This document shows positions 26,615 to 40,359 of a DNA stretch of 64,000 bases, piece by piece (position 1 is the first letter of the stretch; every line of letters starts with the position of its first letter). The DNA lies in NCBI GenBank assembly GCA_951406725.2, contig OX597820.1, forward strand, positions 8,370,001 to 8,434,000. The letters are read 5' to 3'. The position numbers and the translations under genes are program-made. This stretch comes from Octopus vulgaris. Taxonomy: Eukaryota. The notes under the pieces were generated by a model. It did not search any database, was not told the DNA's origin, and saw nothing but the letters and a program-made list of their open reading frames with translations.

Positions 26615-27002
26615 TGTATGTATGTATGTATGTATGTATGTATGTATGTATGTATGTATGTATGTATGTATGTATGTATGTATGTTTGTTTGTATGTATG
26701 TATGTATGTGTGTTTGTTTGTATGTATGTATGTATGTATGTATGTATGTATGTATGTATGTATGTATGTATGTATGTATGTGCAGATTTGTATGTATGTA
26801 TGTATGTATGTATGTATGTATGTATGTATGTTTGTATGTATGTATGTATGTATGTATGTATGTATGTATGTATGTATGTATGTATGCATGTGTGTGTGTG
26901 TATGTATGTATGTATGTATGTATGTATGTATGTATGTTTGTATGTATGTATGTATGTATGCATGTGTGTGTGTGTATGTATGTATGTATGTATGTATGTA
27001 TG

Positions 27003-27455
27003 TTGCGCATGAGAAAGTAACGAGGGATGTCAGGAAGGGCATCGCAGTTACACTTCCAGATGGGAAGGGTCTTCCTATGATGCTGACATGCAATGTCTGT
27101 GCAAGACCCTGTCTCAGTAAAGCTGGACTCAAGAGTCATATTCGTAGTCATAAAGCGAGACAGATGAGTGACAAACCTGGCCACTGGTGGTGGTGTTACA
27201 CACCATACTAATCATATCTGTTGGGCATGTGGAAGAGAGTGTAATTCGGCAGGAGGACTTAAACGACATGCAAAGGTACATGAAGCCCAGTTACAACTAC
27301 AGCCGGCTATTACCGGTAAAGGTTTTAGTTGCCAATTCTGTACAAGACATTGTAGATCTTTAGCTGGGCTAAAAAGTTACATTCGATCACAGCACCAGTA
27401 ACAGTTAAGCTTCGTGCAATGGCCATACTCGATAATGAGGGGGCAGCCATCATTA
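27003..27455 (+). mobile_element. RTE 3' fragment encoding three C2H2 fingers, in (TATG)n
   Basis: CNVCARPCLSKAGLKSHIRSH, CWACGRECNSAGGLKRHAKVH, CQFCTRHCRSLAGLKSYIRSQH. Confidence 0.85.
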
Positions 27456-27528
27456 TGCGTGTGTGTATGTATGTATGTATGTATGTATGTATGTATGTAT
27501 GTATGTATGTATGTATGTATGTATGTAT

Positions 27529-28523
27529 GATTGTCTACCTGGGAAGCTCTGTTAATAGATATAGCAATTTGGATGATGAAATTCCATACAGAATTAAGAA
27601 AGCAAGTGTTGCTTTTGGAAGGCTAGAAAAGCGCCTCTGGAGTCGGCGAGACATATGCAGAAAGACAAAGATAAAGGTGTACATGGCATGTGTGCTCCCT
27701 TCTCTTCTCTATGCCTGCGAGACGTGGGTCACATATCGAAACCACCTTAAACAACTGGAACGTTTCCATCAGATGTGCCTCAGATGGATCTATGGCATTA
27801 AGTGGAAGGACCGCATCAGTGATCTTGAAATATTGGAAGGCTCTCGGTGTGAAAGTATAGAAGCTCTTGCGTTAAAGCAAAGGCTCATATGGAGTGGTCA
27901 TCTGGTCAGAATGAAGGATTCAAGGATGCCAAAACAAGTCTTTTATGGAGAGTTAGCAAAAGGAGAACGACCTCCACATAAACCAAAAAAGAGGTATAAA
28001 GACATGGGAGGGCACAGCTATTGACAGTAGCAGGTGGAGAAGGATTGTGCACGAGGGGACAGCTACTTTTGAGAAATCTCAAGTTACGAATGAGAAAGTA
28101 AGGAGGGATGTCAGGAAGGGCATCGCTGTTGCACTTCCAGACAGTAAGGGTTTTTCTATGACACTGACATGCAGCGTCTGTGCAAGACCCTGTCTCAGTA
28201 AAGCTAGACTCTTCGTAGTCATAAAACGAGACAGATGATTGACTACCAGGCCGCTTGGTGGTGGTGCTACACACCATACTAATCATATCTGTCGGGCATG
28301 TGGAGGAGAGTGTAATTCGGCAGGAGGACTTAAACGACATGCAAAGGTATATGAAGCCCAAATCCAATTACAGCCCGTTATTGCAAGTAAGGGTTTTAGC
28401 TGCCAATTCTGTACAAGAAATTGTAGATCTTTAGCTGGGCTAAAAAGTCACATTCGATCACAGCACCAGTAACAGTTAAATCTCGTGCAATGGCCATATT
28501 CGATAACGAGGGGGCAGCCATCA
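27529..28523 (+). mobile_element. RTE LINE 3' fragment (RT C-terminus plus zinc fingers), decayed
   Basis: YLGS..RIKKASVAFGRL..LLYACETW..WSGHLVRMKDSRMPKQVFYGEL; same finger tail as 27003. Confidence 0.9.
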
Positions 28524-28527
28524 TGTA

Positions 28528-29474
<947 letters not shown>

Positions 29475-29632
29475 TATACTGTCAACCTTATGTGACAGTC
29501 CCGTAAAGGAGAATCACACCACCGCTATTTAGCCCTAGGAAGCATCAACGCTTCCTGTCGGCCTTGACAAATTTCCTGTGTCCTTATGTTTACAAAGGGG
29601 AGACAAGCACCCCCATCCATCTAAGCCTGCAC

Positions 29633-29673
29633 CCAGAGACTAGTTTCTGCATCTTTGCTCGTCATCAGTCTGG
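29633..29673 (-). ncRNA. Type I hammerhead ribozyme
   Basis: ccaga-CTGATGA-cga-gca(aaga)tgc-a-GAAA-ctag-TC-tctgg. Confidence 0.8.
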
Positions 29674-30001
29674 AGTAGCATGGCTTGCTTTTCGCTTTAT
29701 TATAGGCACAATGGCCTGATTATATAGAGGGGACATAACAAGACAAACGGGAAAAATGAAACAAATGATGTATGGTTGATGGAATGATTAACAAATAATG
29801 AGAATGAGAATGAGTCGGTTCGACTTACTTCCGCTGCGAGACGAACCGTGAACTTTTCACATTAACTCTCAATAGCATCGGGTCTCAGTGTGAGGCGAAA
29901 CCACGATGGTCTTCTTATCATTATCGTATAAAATGTATCCTTAATTGTTCACATTAGTCTTTCTATTTTCTCTTTTTTTTTTTTCCAAGCATTACATTTT
30001 T

Positions 30002-30036
<35 letters not shown>

Positions 30037-30180
30037 TTTCACAAAACCAATAACGCAGGTTCGATTCTCAGTTCAGTTGCAGTTCAGTTCACATTTTTTC
30101 TTTTTAAACATCAGTTGCATTACACTCGTAATTATACTCACCGTCTACGTTTTTTCACCACATTTATTCTTTATACGACA

Positions 30181-30575
30181 CTAGCAGTATCGCCCGGCGT
30201 TGCTCGGGTTTGTAAGGGAAATAACTATATAAGCATTTTTAGAGATGTAAAGTATAATAGCCATCTCAATATGGCTAACCACAAAGGAGGGGGTGTTACT
30301 GTAGTTTTTTACGTTCTGAGATTTAATAATAAATTTTTAGAGAGTTACTTCCCTTATATATGCCAAAAATGCATTAAAATGGGAAAAATTGATGGTAAAT
30401 TTTTTTAAATCGTAGACTCATCATAGACACGCGCTAATACCGAGAAGGGCTCGATATGAATCACGACTATAAGATACCCGGTTTTGGTTAAACTTCACCG
30501 CAAAATGTGGGAGTAGTTAGGAATCTAAATCGTAGGAGAGGGACACTCACACAACTTCACTTTTATATATAAAGA
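30181..30575 (-). mobile_element. Non-autonomous Helitron, same family as 22302-22698
   Basis: TC...CTAG termini at an AT site; high identity. Confidence 0.9.
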
Positions 30576-30730
30576 TTTCTTCTTCCTCTCGTTCTCTCTC
30601 TTTTCTTGTGTTTTCCTTCTCGAGTCTACCGCTTCCTTCACATCCTCCTCCGTTTATGTACCAGTAATTTCTCCCGGCTGCAAAGACGTCTCTTCCATCT
30701 GTTCTTCTTTATCTTTGACCTTAAACAACT

Positions 30731-31719
30731 CTAGATTTTCTCGCTCTGTTTCGGCTTCGTTTTGCACTTCCATCGCTCTCTCTCTCTCTTTTCTATAGTT
30801 GGTTCCTCAGTGTTACCGTTCTGATATGTTATATTCTCTGCTATTCCTTTACTTTTTCTCGTTTCTTCTAAAGTTGGTGACTTTTTACTTTCTCTCTTCC
30901 TGCTCTTCACCATATTCCTTCTATTATTGTTCTCCTTCTCTTCGTCGGCTGCTTTTTCTCCCACAGTTGTTTCCAACCTTTTCACTACTTCTGTATTCGA
31001 ATATTTCCTTCGCATATGCCCCCTTATGCCATACAAGTAGCATTTTGGGGGTCTTCCCTGCAGCACAATATCCAACTTTTCACCGGTCGGTAATTCTACC
31101 GTTTCTGGTATTTCTTCATAGTATTCTGAGGTTATAGCGCAAACTGCTTCAATTTCATAACCCCAAAATTCAAACATTGTGTTTTGCTCACTGTTAGTAC
31201 GTTCAACTTTGTATTTCCTCTCTCCAAATTCTCTCCGAAGATTGCCACTATTACCCATTCCGGCTCTATTATGGGTGGGATTCTTCCAACTCTAATTTTC
31301 ACCAACTTTTTTCCTGGTTTGTCGGGAATGAGAGTCCACCTATTTCCTTCTATCACTTGGTCGTTCCTCTTTGCCGCCTCCACATTTTCAAATATAACAT
31401 TTACCTTGCCGTATTGACTTCCTCTATTTATGAAAACCACTCTATCCATACAGCACGATACCATTGCTTCTATTTGAAATTCAGGTGCTATTTCAATCCT
31501 CCTGGATTCCTTGCAGAATGTTCCGTATATTATTGTTGGATTCCTTAACAATTCCTTTTTCTCCTCCGATATTATAAGCTTCACATTCGTTGCCTCTCTT
31601 TCTACTTTGCTCATGCATCTCTTCATCTTTTCAGGGTCCCAATTCAACGTCTTCGGTGCTAGGCTTCTTAATTTCACTTTTTCCGGGTCCTTCGCTGTCG
31701 CTTCCGCGTAGCTCTTCAT
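30731..31719 (-). pseudogene. LINE ORF1/gag-like protein, frameshifted near 31185
   Basis: Starts MKSYAEATAK; RRM-like middle (KIRVGRIPP..EPEWV); degenerate knuckle CYLYGIRGHMRRKY; charged tail. Confidence 0.7.
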
Positions 31720-32014
31720 TTCTAATTTTTCTTTCACCGACAAACGTCGGCTTCGCACGCACTTTCGATTAGCTTCTCTCAAAAAACAACAAAAATTTGG
31801 AGTAGCATGGCTTGCTAGCTGCAGATGCTTGTCTAGGCCCCGTAAACATATAGTGCTCAGGAAATGTGTCAAGGCCGACAGGAAGCGTTGATGCTTCCTA
31901 GGGCTAAATAGCGGTGGTGTGATTCCCTTCATGGGACTGTCACATTAAGTTGACAGTATACAACTGCTCTATCGTACCACCACTGCTTATATCCCTCTGA
32001 GATATTTAGAAATG

Positions 32015-32074
<60 letters not shown>

Positions 32075-32085
32075 GTGTGTGTATG

Positions 32086-32119
<34 letters not shown>

Positions 32120-32198
32120 TGTATGTATGAATGTATGTATGTATGTATGTATGTATGTATGTATGTATGTATGTATGTATGTATGAATGTATGTATGT

Positions 32199-32708
32199 AC
32201 CGTAAATCCGCATTTTCTCCCCCAAATTTAAAGGTCAAAATCCTTAGTGCGTACTATATACGAGGTTAAAAATGAAAAATATTTTCTAAGCCATGTCCGA
32301 GTCTCTATTTGCTGTCCGGCAATGTTTATTCAGATGCATTTTGTGATGTCAGGTGTGAAAATACCTTAAGCTAAGCCTGAAAGCAATGAAGTCATAAAAG
32401 AATCATCCATAACTTGCAGTAAGCAACATTTATTAGAATAAAAGTATTCAGAACACAGAATAACATGTAACAATAACAGTTTGCAAACATATTTACATTC
32501 GCATATAACAGTTAAGAACATCACCATTATTGTATTACGCATGCGCGTAAGTGTTTGTTCGGTTAGGTGCTGCTGGCTTAATTACGCACGACTCAAGTTA
32601 GAAATAGGGTACGTATTATATGCAACGTTTAGGTTTTTCAAAGGTACATCCCCCTAAAATTCCCATGCGTATTATACTCAAGGGCGGGCTATACTCGACG
32701 ATTTATGA
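32199..32708. mobile_element. pogo/Tc2-like non-autonomous DNA element
   Basis: TA-ccgtaaatc / gatttatga-TA ends; subterminal gcgtactatatacgagg-type repeats. Confidence 0.5.
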
Positions 32709-33208
32709 TACGTATGTATGCATGTATGTACGTATGTACTTATGTATGTACGTGAGTATTTAGGTAAGTGTGTAGACGTGTCTGTGTGTGTGTACATGTG
32801 TATGTACATGTGAACGTATGTTTATGTACTGATATGTATCTGTTCAAGTTGTATACATGACTGTTACGTTGTTGAAGGTTGTATACACACACACATATAC
32901 ATACATATGCATATACATATATATAGATACACAGATATATGTGTGTGAGTGCGTTTGTCCCTTTCACCATCGTCTAACGGTGAATGGATACAACGTCTTA
33001 GATACATATATGCACATATAACCTTACTTATACATATATACAAGTACACACAATCATATAGACACACACATACTCACAAATATACGTATAATCTTAAAAT
33101 ATACACACATATATACTTATCCATATATATATATATATGACACTATAATAAAGGATAACGGTTAAAATTCAAATTTGTTATTTTATTATTATTTTTGAAT
33201 CTTTTTTC

Positions 33209-33267
<59 letters not shown>

Positions 33268-33271
<4 letters not shown>

Positions 33272-34576
33272 GGAGTAAACACATAAATGTGAAACAAGGT
33301 GGAAAAAGAGTACTCAAATACCAGTGGTAGAGTAATATGCTTTATTTTAAGCAGCAGAAAATTCAACAAAATCTGTTACTCTGAGTTTCTCGTTGCCGTT
33401 CATCAGACAGTTTTTGCTAGAATGGAACATATATATTAATTCAATCTATACTCTTACAAACGCTACACCTTTAAAAAGAAATGGACTTGTTTGATTGGCC
33501 CTTTAGAAAAAATTTTTTGATTTTGATTTTGACTCTTGAGCGCTACGACGGACCTATAGCAAAGTCTTATTGTTTCTACATATATATTAGGAAAAACCTA
33601 CAAACTTTGTTTTCATGTTATTGTATTGCATAAGATTACCTTGATTATTTATATTACCTTGATTATTTATAAATGACCCAAAATAGGATGTTATATTTTA
33701 TTTTATTTTATTTTATATGTCTTTCGTATATATTTTTATTAATGCACCCATTTTTTAAAAGCAATGTTTTTTAAAAAAGCAATGTTGTCAAATTTAGAAT
33801 GTTTATATAAGTTTGTGTATAGCAAAGCATATGTATTTGTAAGCATGCGTATCTGTGTATGTGTAAGTGAAAGTATGCTTGTGCTTAAGCACGCATACAC
33901 ACGACGGTATGTATATGTATCAATTCAAACTTGTGTATGTATACTGGCCTCTATAGATGCCAATAATATCGCTACAAGTTTTTTTCCCCACCCCTCCTTC
34001 GTTCTTTTTTCTCTTTCCCTTTCTTTCGTTCCCCCTCCTTGCTCAGTATATGAGAATTGCTACATAGATGAATTTTAGCTTGCGTGCGAGACGGTTTGCG
34101 TGAATATATGTACACATGCTTTTATGTGTATAATTTAGATTCATATTCATACGTCTGTATATGTATGTATGGCGTTTACGCGCATCCTTTTGTGTATGTT
34201 GATATATATATGTGGATTTTAATATAAATATGTATTGCAGTATTTATAACAGGTTTAATTTCTATGCATTAATTTGTACTGTCTTCATTAACGGCAATAG
34301 GTTTTTTCCTCGGTTTTTTCCTCGGATTTTATAATTTTTATAAGTTTTTTATATTTATATACATATATTTTTGACCTTTTTGTTTTTTTCTAAAGGATTG
34401 ACCGTTTTTTCTAAAGGGCCAATCAAACAAGTCCATTTCTTTTTAAAGGTGTAGCGTTTGTAAGAGTATAGATTGAATTAATATATATGTTCCATTCTAG
34501 CAAAAACTGTCTGATGAACGTCAACGAGAAACTCAGAGTAACAGATTTTGTTGAATTTTCTGCTGCTTAAAATAAA

Positions 34577-34577
<1 letters not shown>
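33268..34577. mobile_element. Penelope-like element with ~170-bp inverted repeats, each carrying a hammerhead (33373-33410 minus, 34507-34544 plus)
   Basis: Arms ~33340-33510 and ~34405-34577; flanked by (TA)n. Confidence 0.85.
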
Positions 34578-34663
<86 letters not shown>

Positions 34664-34737
34664 GAACAGAATTTTGAAGGGAATCTAACAGTTTTTGTGT
34701 GTTTCTTAAATGGCTTATAAACACCTTCCACGCTGCA

Positions 34738-34791
<54 letters not shown>

Positions 34792-35206
34792 TTTTATTTT
34801 TTCCCAGGTTTTACTCCTGACCTCTCATCCTTCTTGTGTCTTTGGCAATTCTTGACTCCTCTCCACCTTCTTTCATATCTTTCTCTGATAAAAATACTAT
34901 TTATTCACATACTACTCCCCACTCTATCATTGTATCACTCCAAATAAAATAACAAGTCGTCCATCATTAAGGGGTCAACCCTAAGCCTTATACAAGATGT
35001 CTGAAAAACCTTCGAGATGCGCAATTTGCGAGAATTTTCATCTTTGGAAGGGAGAGAACTCTGATTATCATTACACAGGATTATTTCCCTTGCATTAATA
35101 CTCTTACCAGTGACTGCACACCTAGTTTGCGTGTTTCAGTGCATGTGTATTATGTACGTGTGTGTCTCTCTGCGCACGCTCGCACACGTGGCCATCTCTG
35201 TGTGTG

Positions 35207-35283
<77 letters not shown>

Positions 35284-35467
35284 AATATAAACAGCTGTCT
35301 ACAATGTTTCACCAAAATTCAGAATTACAAACGTCACTAAATGTGACCAGGGTGCCAAGAAACACCCACATTGCTAGAAATAAGAGCTAAAACCGTTCTA
35401 ATGCTGTAGTTAACACCCATGAATACTAACAGGGAGCTGAATCGTCCGAAAAATGCCGAGCGAGATA

Positions 35468-35511
35468 CACACAGACTCGAGTTTCTGGATGGTTACCCCT
35501 CCTCAGCGTCT
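35468..35511 (-). ncRNA. Hammerhead-like motif in a repeat at ~35410-35770
   Basis: CTGAGGA-ggg(gtaa)ccatcca-GAAA-ctcgag-TC; helix I weak; element end tactgtttatatctcgc.cagagattta is shared with ~61000. Confidence 0.55.
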
Positions 35512-35770
35512 ATTAAATCACCAGCTAGTCGTGAAAACTCCATTCGCAAAAATACTATACGCTTTTTCCAGCGACGTCCGTGTGTATCACGTAAGGTTAG
35601 GGATGGGAGCGATGACCGCCCCTCGCAAATACTGATCAGACACAGAATGTGTATCGTTAGCCAACTAGAAGAGACGTCAGTTGCACTGTCCCGTATAGGG
35701 CGCCACGCTTGGTTGGCAATTATATGTTAAGAATCCATATTGCTACTGTTTATATCTCGCTCAGAGATTT

Positions 35771-35785
35771 AATATACCCTCTCTT

Positions 35786-35859
<74 letters not shown>

Positions 35860-35880
35860 CATATTAATATACCCTCTCTT

Positions 35881-35952
<72 letters not shown>

Positions 35953-35973
35953 CATATTAATATACCCTCTCTT

Positions 35974-36031
<58 letters not shown>

Positions 36032-36064
36032 TATATATATATACATATTAATATACCCTCTCTT

Positions 36065-36120
<56 letters not shown>

Positions 36121-36155
36121 TATATATATATATACATATTAATATACCCTCTCTT

Positions 36156-36212
<57 letters not shown>

Positions 36213-36247
36213 TATATATATATATACATATTAATATACCCTCTCTT

Positions 36248-36297
<50 letters not shown>

Positions 36298-36332
36298 TAT
36301 ATATATATATACATATTAATATACCCTCTCTT

Positions 36333-36380
<48 letters not shown>

Positions 36381-36415
36381 TATATATATATATACATATT
36401 AATATACCCTCTCTT

Positions 36416-36449
<34 letters not shown>

Positions 36450-36466
36450 CACATATATATATACAT
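35771..36466. repeat. Composite minisatellite, 8 x ~90 bp: aatataccctctctttgt-(CT)n-(CA)n-(TA)n-catatt
   Basis: Unit starts at ~35771, 35866, 35959, 36050, 36141, 36233, 36318, 36401. Confidence 0.9.
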
Positions 36467-36747
36467 ATTAGAGGGAAACCACTATGTGGACATCCTTATG
36501 CTAGAAATAGATCCGCTATGGTCTTACCACTAAGAAATGTTCTCAAGAAAAATTTAGCAAAACAACCAAAACGTAATCGAGCGAGACGAAAGAAAAAGCA
36601 ATAAAAATATGGATTTCTTTCGTCTCGCTCGATTACGTTTTGGTTGTTTTGCTAAATTTTTCTTGAGAACATTTCTTAGTGGTAAGACCATAGCGGATCT
36701 ATTTCTAGCATACGGATGTCCACATAGTGGTTTCCCTCTAATATGTA
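36462..36747. repeat. Near-perfect 134-bp-arm hairpin (fold-back element end)
   Basis: Arms 36462-36595 and 36614-36747; one mismatch seen. Confidence 0.9.
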
Positions 36748-36853
36748 AATAATACAATTTTACTGAACCTTCAGTTCTTTTTATATGCTACACCACTGGT
36801 GTGAAATCGATGTTAATTAAATTAATATCTAATTTCTCAACCTCGTTTTAAAT

Positions 36854-36905
<52 letters not shown>

Positions 36906-36963
36906 ATGTATTGATTAAGTCTTTCCTTGTTTGTTTTGCAAAATAGTGGTTTTGTCTCTAATA

Positions 36964-37009
<46 letters not shown>

Positions 37010-37055
37010 CATATATATATATATACATATATATATACATATATATATATATGTG

Positions 37056-37158
<103 letters not shown>

Positions 37159-37392
37159 CTGACTAGAGTCACCGAAACGCGGAGTAGATGAAACAGGGAC
37201 AACTGAAGAAGGGGAAAATTCTTTATGTTCTTTGTCTCATTTCTCTGTTTGTTTTTTTCGTTGTTCCCCCAAAAGTTCGTTTCTGTTTTTGTGTTTATGT
37301 TTTCGTATCTCGTTGTGCTCAACGTTTCTTTATTTGTCTTGTACCCATTTTTGCATGTATATATACATATACATATATATATATATATACAT

Positions 37393-37472
<80 letters not shown>

Positions 37473-37521
37473 ATATATATATGTTGTTATGTACATATAT
37501 GTGTGTATATATGCATCTTTG

Positions 37522-37608
37522 TGCAGCTGGCGATTGCTCTGCATTTTAAATTGATGTAATGATTGCATTATTCAATTAAATAGAGTCGCACGAAACGATC
37601 GTACTGCA
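37522..37608 (+). ncRNA. Long-helix-II hammerhead, family of 6686-6771 (core CTGGCGA)
   Basis: tgcag-CTGGCGA...GAAA-cgatcg-TA-ctgca. Confidence 0.65.
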
Positions 37609-37648
37609 TTACCTCTGGATATCCTTGTAGCTTATTTTGATTTATATA

Positions 37649-37704
<56 letters not shown>

Positions 37705-37705
37705 A

Positions 37706-37753
<48 letters not shown>

Positions 37754-37755
<2 letters not shown>

Positions 37756-38199
37756 TTATAAAATGAGATAGGGGTTGAAAATTCAACCCACCATGGGATA
37801 ATATATATCCAATATACTGCCAGATAGGTACCCAACAAGATTAATACATAGATGTTAAAAATTGTCAAACAATCAGTTCATCTATTGTATTATATGGGTA
37901 AAGGTAATAATATTACCGTAAATTAATACTACAAAATTAGAGAATGGAGAAACATACTTAAATCAATAAAACATCAACTATCCGATGATACCCAATCAAT
38001 ACTTTAATACACCATTACATATGAGTAAAGGCATTATACAAAATGAGATATACAGTAATAGTAAAAAGATAAAGAGATATAAAAAAAAATTTAAAAAAAA
38101 AAACAACTAACACATAGGGAGATGAAAAATAATAATTAAAACCATGGTTCAGTTCATAAAATTCTAAAGCTATAAAAGTTAATAAAAATTACTATTAAT

Positions 38200-38239
<40 letters not shown>

Positions 38240-38268
38240 GATACAGTTAAGTTTGCACCAACTGTATC

Positions 38269-38344
<76 letters not shown>

Positions 38345-38983
38345 ATTAATAGTAATTTTTATTAACTTTTATAGCTTTAGAATTTTATGAACTGAACCAT
38401 GGTTTTAATTATTATTTCTCATCTCCCTATGTGTTAGTTTTTTTAAAAAAAAACTATTAGCCAAATATGTATAATATCGGTACTTATTAATATTAATATA
38501 TACACTGATATATATTTTGTTTTATTTTGTTCTGTTTACCTTCCTTTATTGTACCAATGAGTATTATATTATATAAGTGTAGCATTATGATGTATAAGTT
38601 TTTATATTTTACATTTTTATATTTTTATATTTCTATGTATATGGTTATATAATATTTTTCACAATTATAACAAATTTAATTTAATTCTCTGAAGAGGCCG
38701 TGGGGCATCCTTGTTAATGCCTCATTTATACCTGCCTTTATGGCTTATAGGTTAAATGAGGTATGACTGCCCTCACTGCCGAAACAGCTGTCAGTTTTGA
38801 TTTAATTGCATATTATATTTGAAATTTTTTACTTATATCTCTTTATCTTTTTACTATTACTGTATATCTCATTTTGTATAATGCGTTTACTCATATGTAA
38901 TGGTGTATTAAAGTATTGATTGGGTATCATCGGATAGTTGATGTTTTATTGATTTAAGTATGTTTCTCCATTCTCTAATTTTG

Positions 38984-38985
<2 letters not shown>
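37754..38985. mobile_element. Nested fold-back Penelope-like element
   Basis: Outer arms ~37930-38080 / 38833-38985; inner arms ~38100-38248 / 38259-38445. Confidence 0.8.
38687..38794 (+). ncRNA. Type I hammerhead with ~85-nt helix II
   Basis: ct-CTGAAGA(38689-38695)-ggc...gcc-GAAA(38781-38784)-cagctg-TC-ag. Confidence 0.75.
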
Positions 38986-39023
<38 letters not shown>

Positions 39024-39062
39024 ACGTATATGTACATACATCTAGACGTATATATATACGTA

Positions 39063-39094
<32 letters not shown>

Positions 39095-39098
<4 letters not shown>

Positions 39099-39308
39099 TA
39101 CGTTTGTCCCCCACCACAACCACCACAACATTGCTGGACAACCGATGCTGGTGTGTTTACGTCCCCGTAAATTAGCGGTTCGGCAAAAAGAACGATAGAA
39201 TAAGTACTAGGCTTACAAAGAATAGGTCTTAGGGTCGATTTGCTCGACTAAAGACAGTGCTCCAGCATGGCCACAGTTGAATGACTGAAACAAATGAAAG
39301 AATGAAAG
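39095..39308 (+). mobile_element. SINE-B 3' half
   Basis: Identity to other copies. Confidence 0.85.
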
Positions 39309-39334
39309 ACTATATATATACACACACACACATA

Positions 39335-39395
<61 letters not shown>

Positions 39396-39434
39396 TACTC
39401 CTACTATTACTACTACTACTACTACTACTACTAC

Positions 39435-39488
<54 letters not shown>

Positions 39489-39499
39489 TAGCAATGGTG

Positions 39500-40204
39500 A
39501 CGATGATGATGATGAAATTGTTGTACACAGTGCTCATGTGCACTACTACTAAAAATTCTAAAGTGTGGCATTAGGTGAACTGTTCGCAGATTTCAGGAAG
39601 CCTGTAAGTTTGGGAAGGATGGAGTGTCTCGACAGCTAACAACTGATGCGGGTAGTTTATTCCATGCTTCAGCAATTCTGAGATTGAAAAAAAAAAAATG
39701 TTTCGGGAAGTCAAGGGTACTATGTTGTTTTTTTTTTTGAATTTGTAAGGCATGTCCACGAATGTTTGTGATGTTGAATTTTAAAAAAGTGTGCCAGGTT
39801 GTTGTTGGAAAGATGGTAAATAATGCTGTGGTGTCTTCCAAGTCAGTTTCCAGACATCGGAAATTTAATGCGTCCATGCCCAGGGAAGCAAGACGTTCAG
39901 AGTATGGTAGATGTCTGACGGTGGGTGTTCGTATCTGAACAGTTTCCAGGAGGTTTCTATGCTGAGCAAGACAGGGGCTCCCGACTTGTGAAGCAAATTC
40001 TAAGTGTGGACATATCATTGTCATATTCAACTTTAAATAAATAGCTGAAGAGTGGCTGACGATAGTCTTACTGAAAGATGCTAAGACCCCCTCAGCTTTC
40101 TTGACAATCATCGAAACGTAGTTTGTTCAATGCAGCTCGCTGTTTACAGTAATACCCAGAACACGTTCACTAACAGACTTCTTAAGAATGGTATTGTTGA
40201 GGGA

Positions 40205-40205
<1 letters not shown>
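39500..40205 (-). mobile_element. CR1-type LINE 3' fragment, decayed
   Basis: PHLEFASQV..LPYSERL..RIAEAWNKLPASVV; tail gtgcacatgagcactgtgtacaacaatttc. Confidence 0.9.
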
Positions 40206-40236
<31 letters not shown>

Positions 40237-40359
40237 CAAGTAGGTACTGTAAATTTAGGATGAATACTTGATAAGTGTAAGCACCTGTATACGCCAGATA
40301 ATGGCAGAGGTGAGAGAGAATATATCAAATAAAATTAAAAACAGAACACAAAGGATATC

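Larger units (their letters stand above)
29690..31797 (-). mobile_element. ORF1-only non-autonomous LINE (HAL1-like) with 19-bp TSD
   Basis: TSD tggagtagcatggcttgct at 29671-29689 and 31798-31816; no RT or EN; 3' stem-loop plus AATAAAG. Confidence 0.75.
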
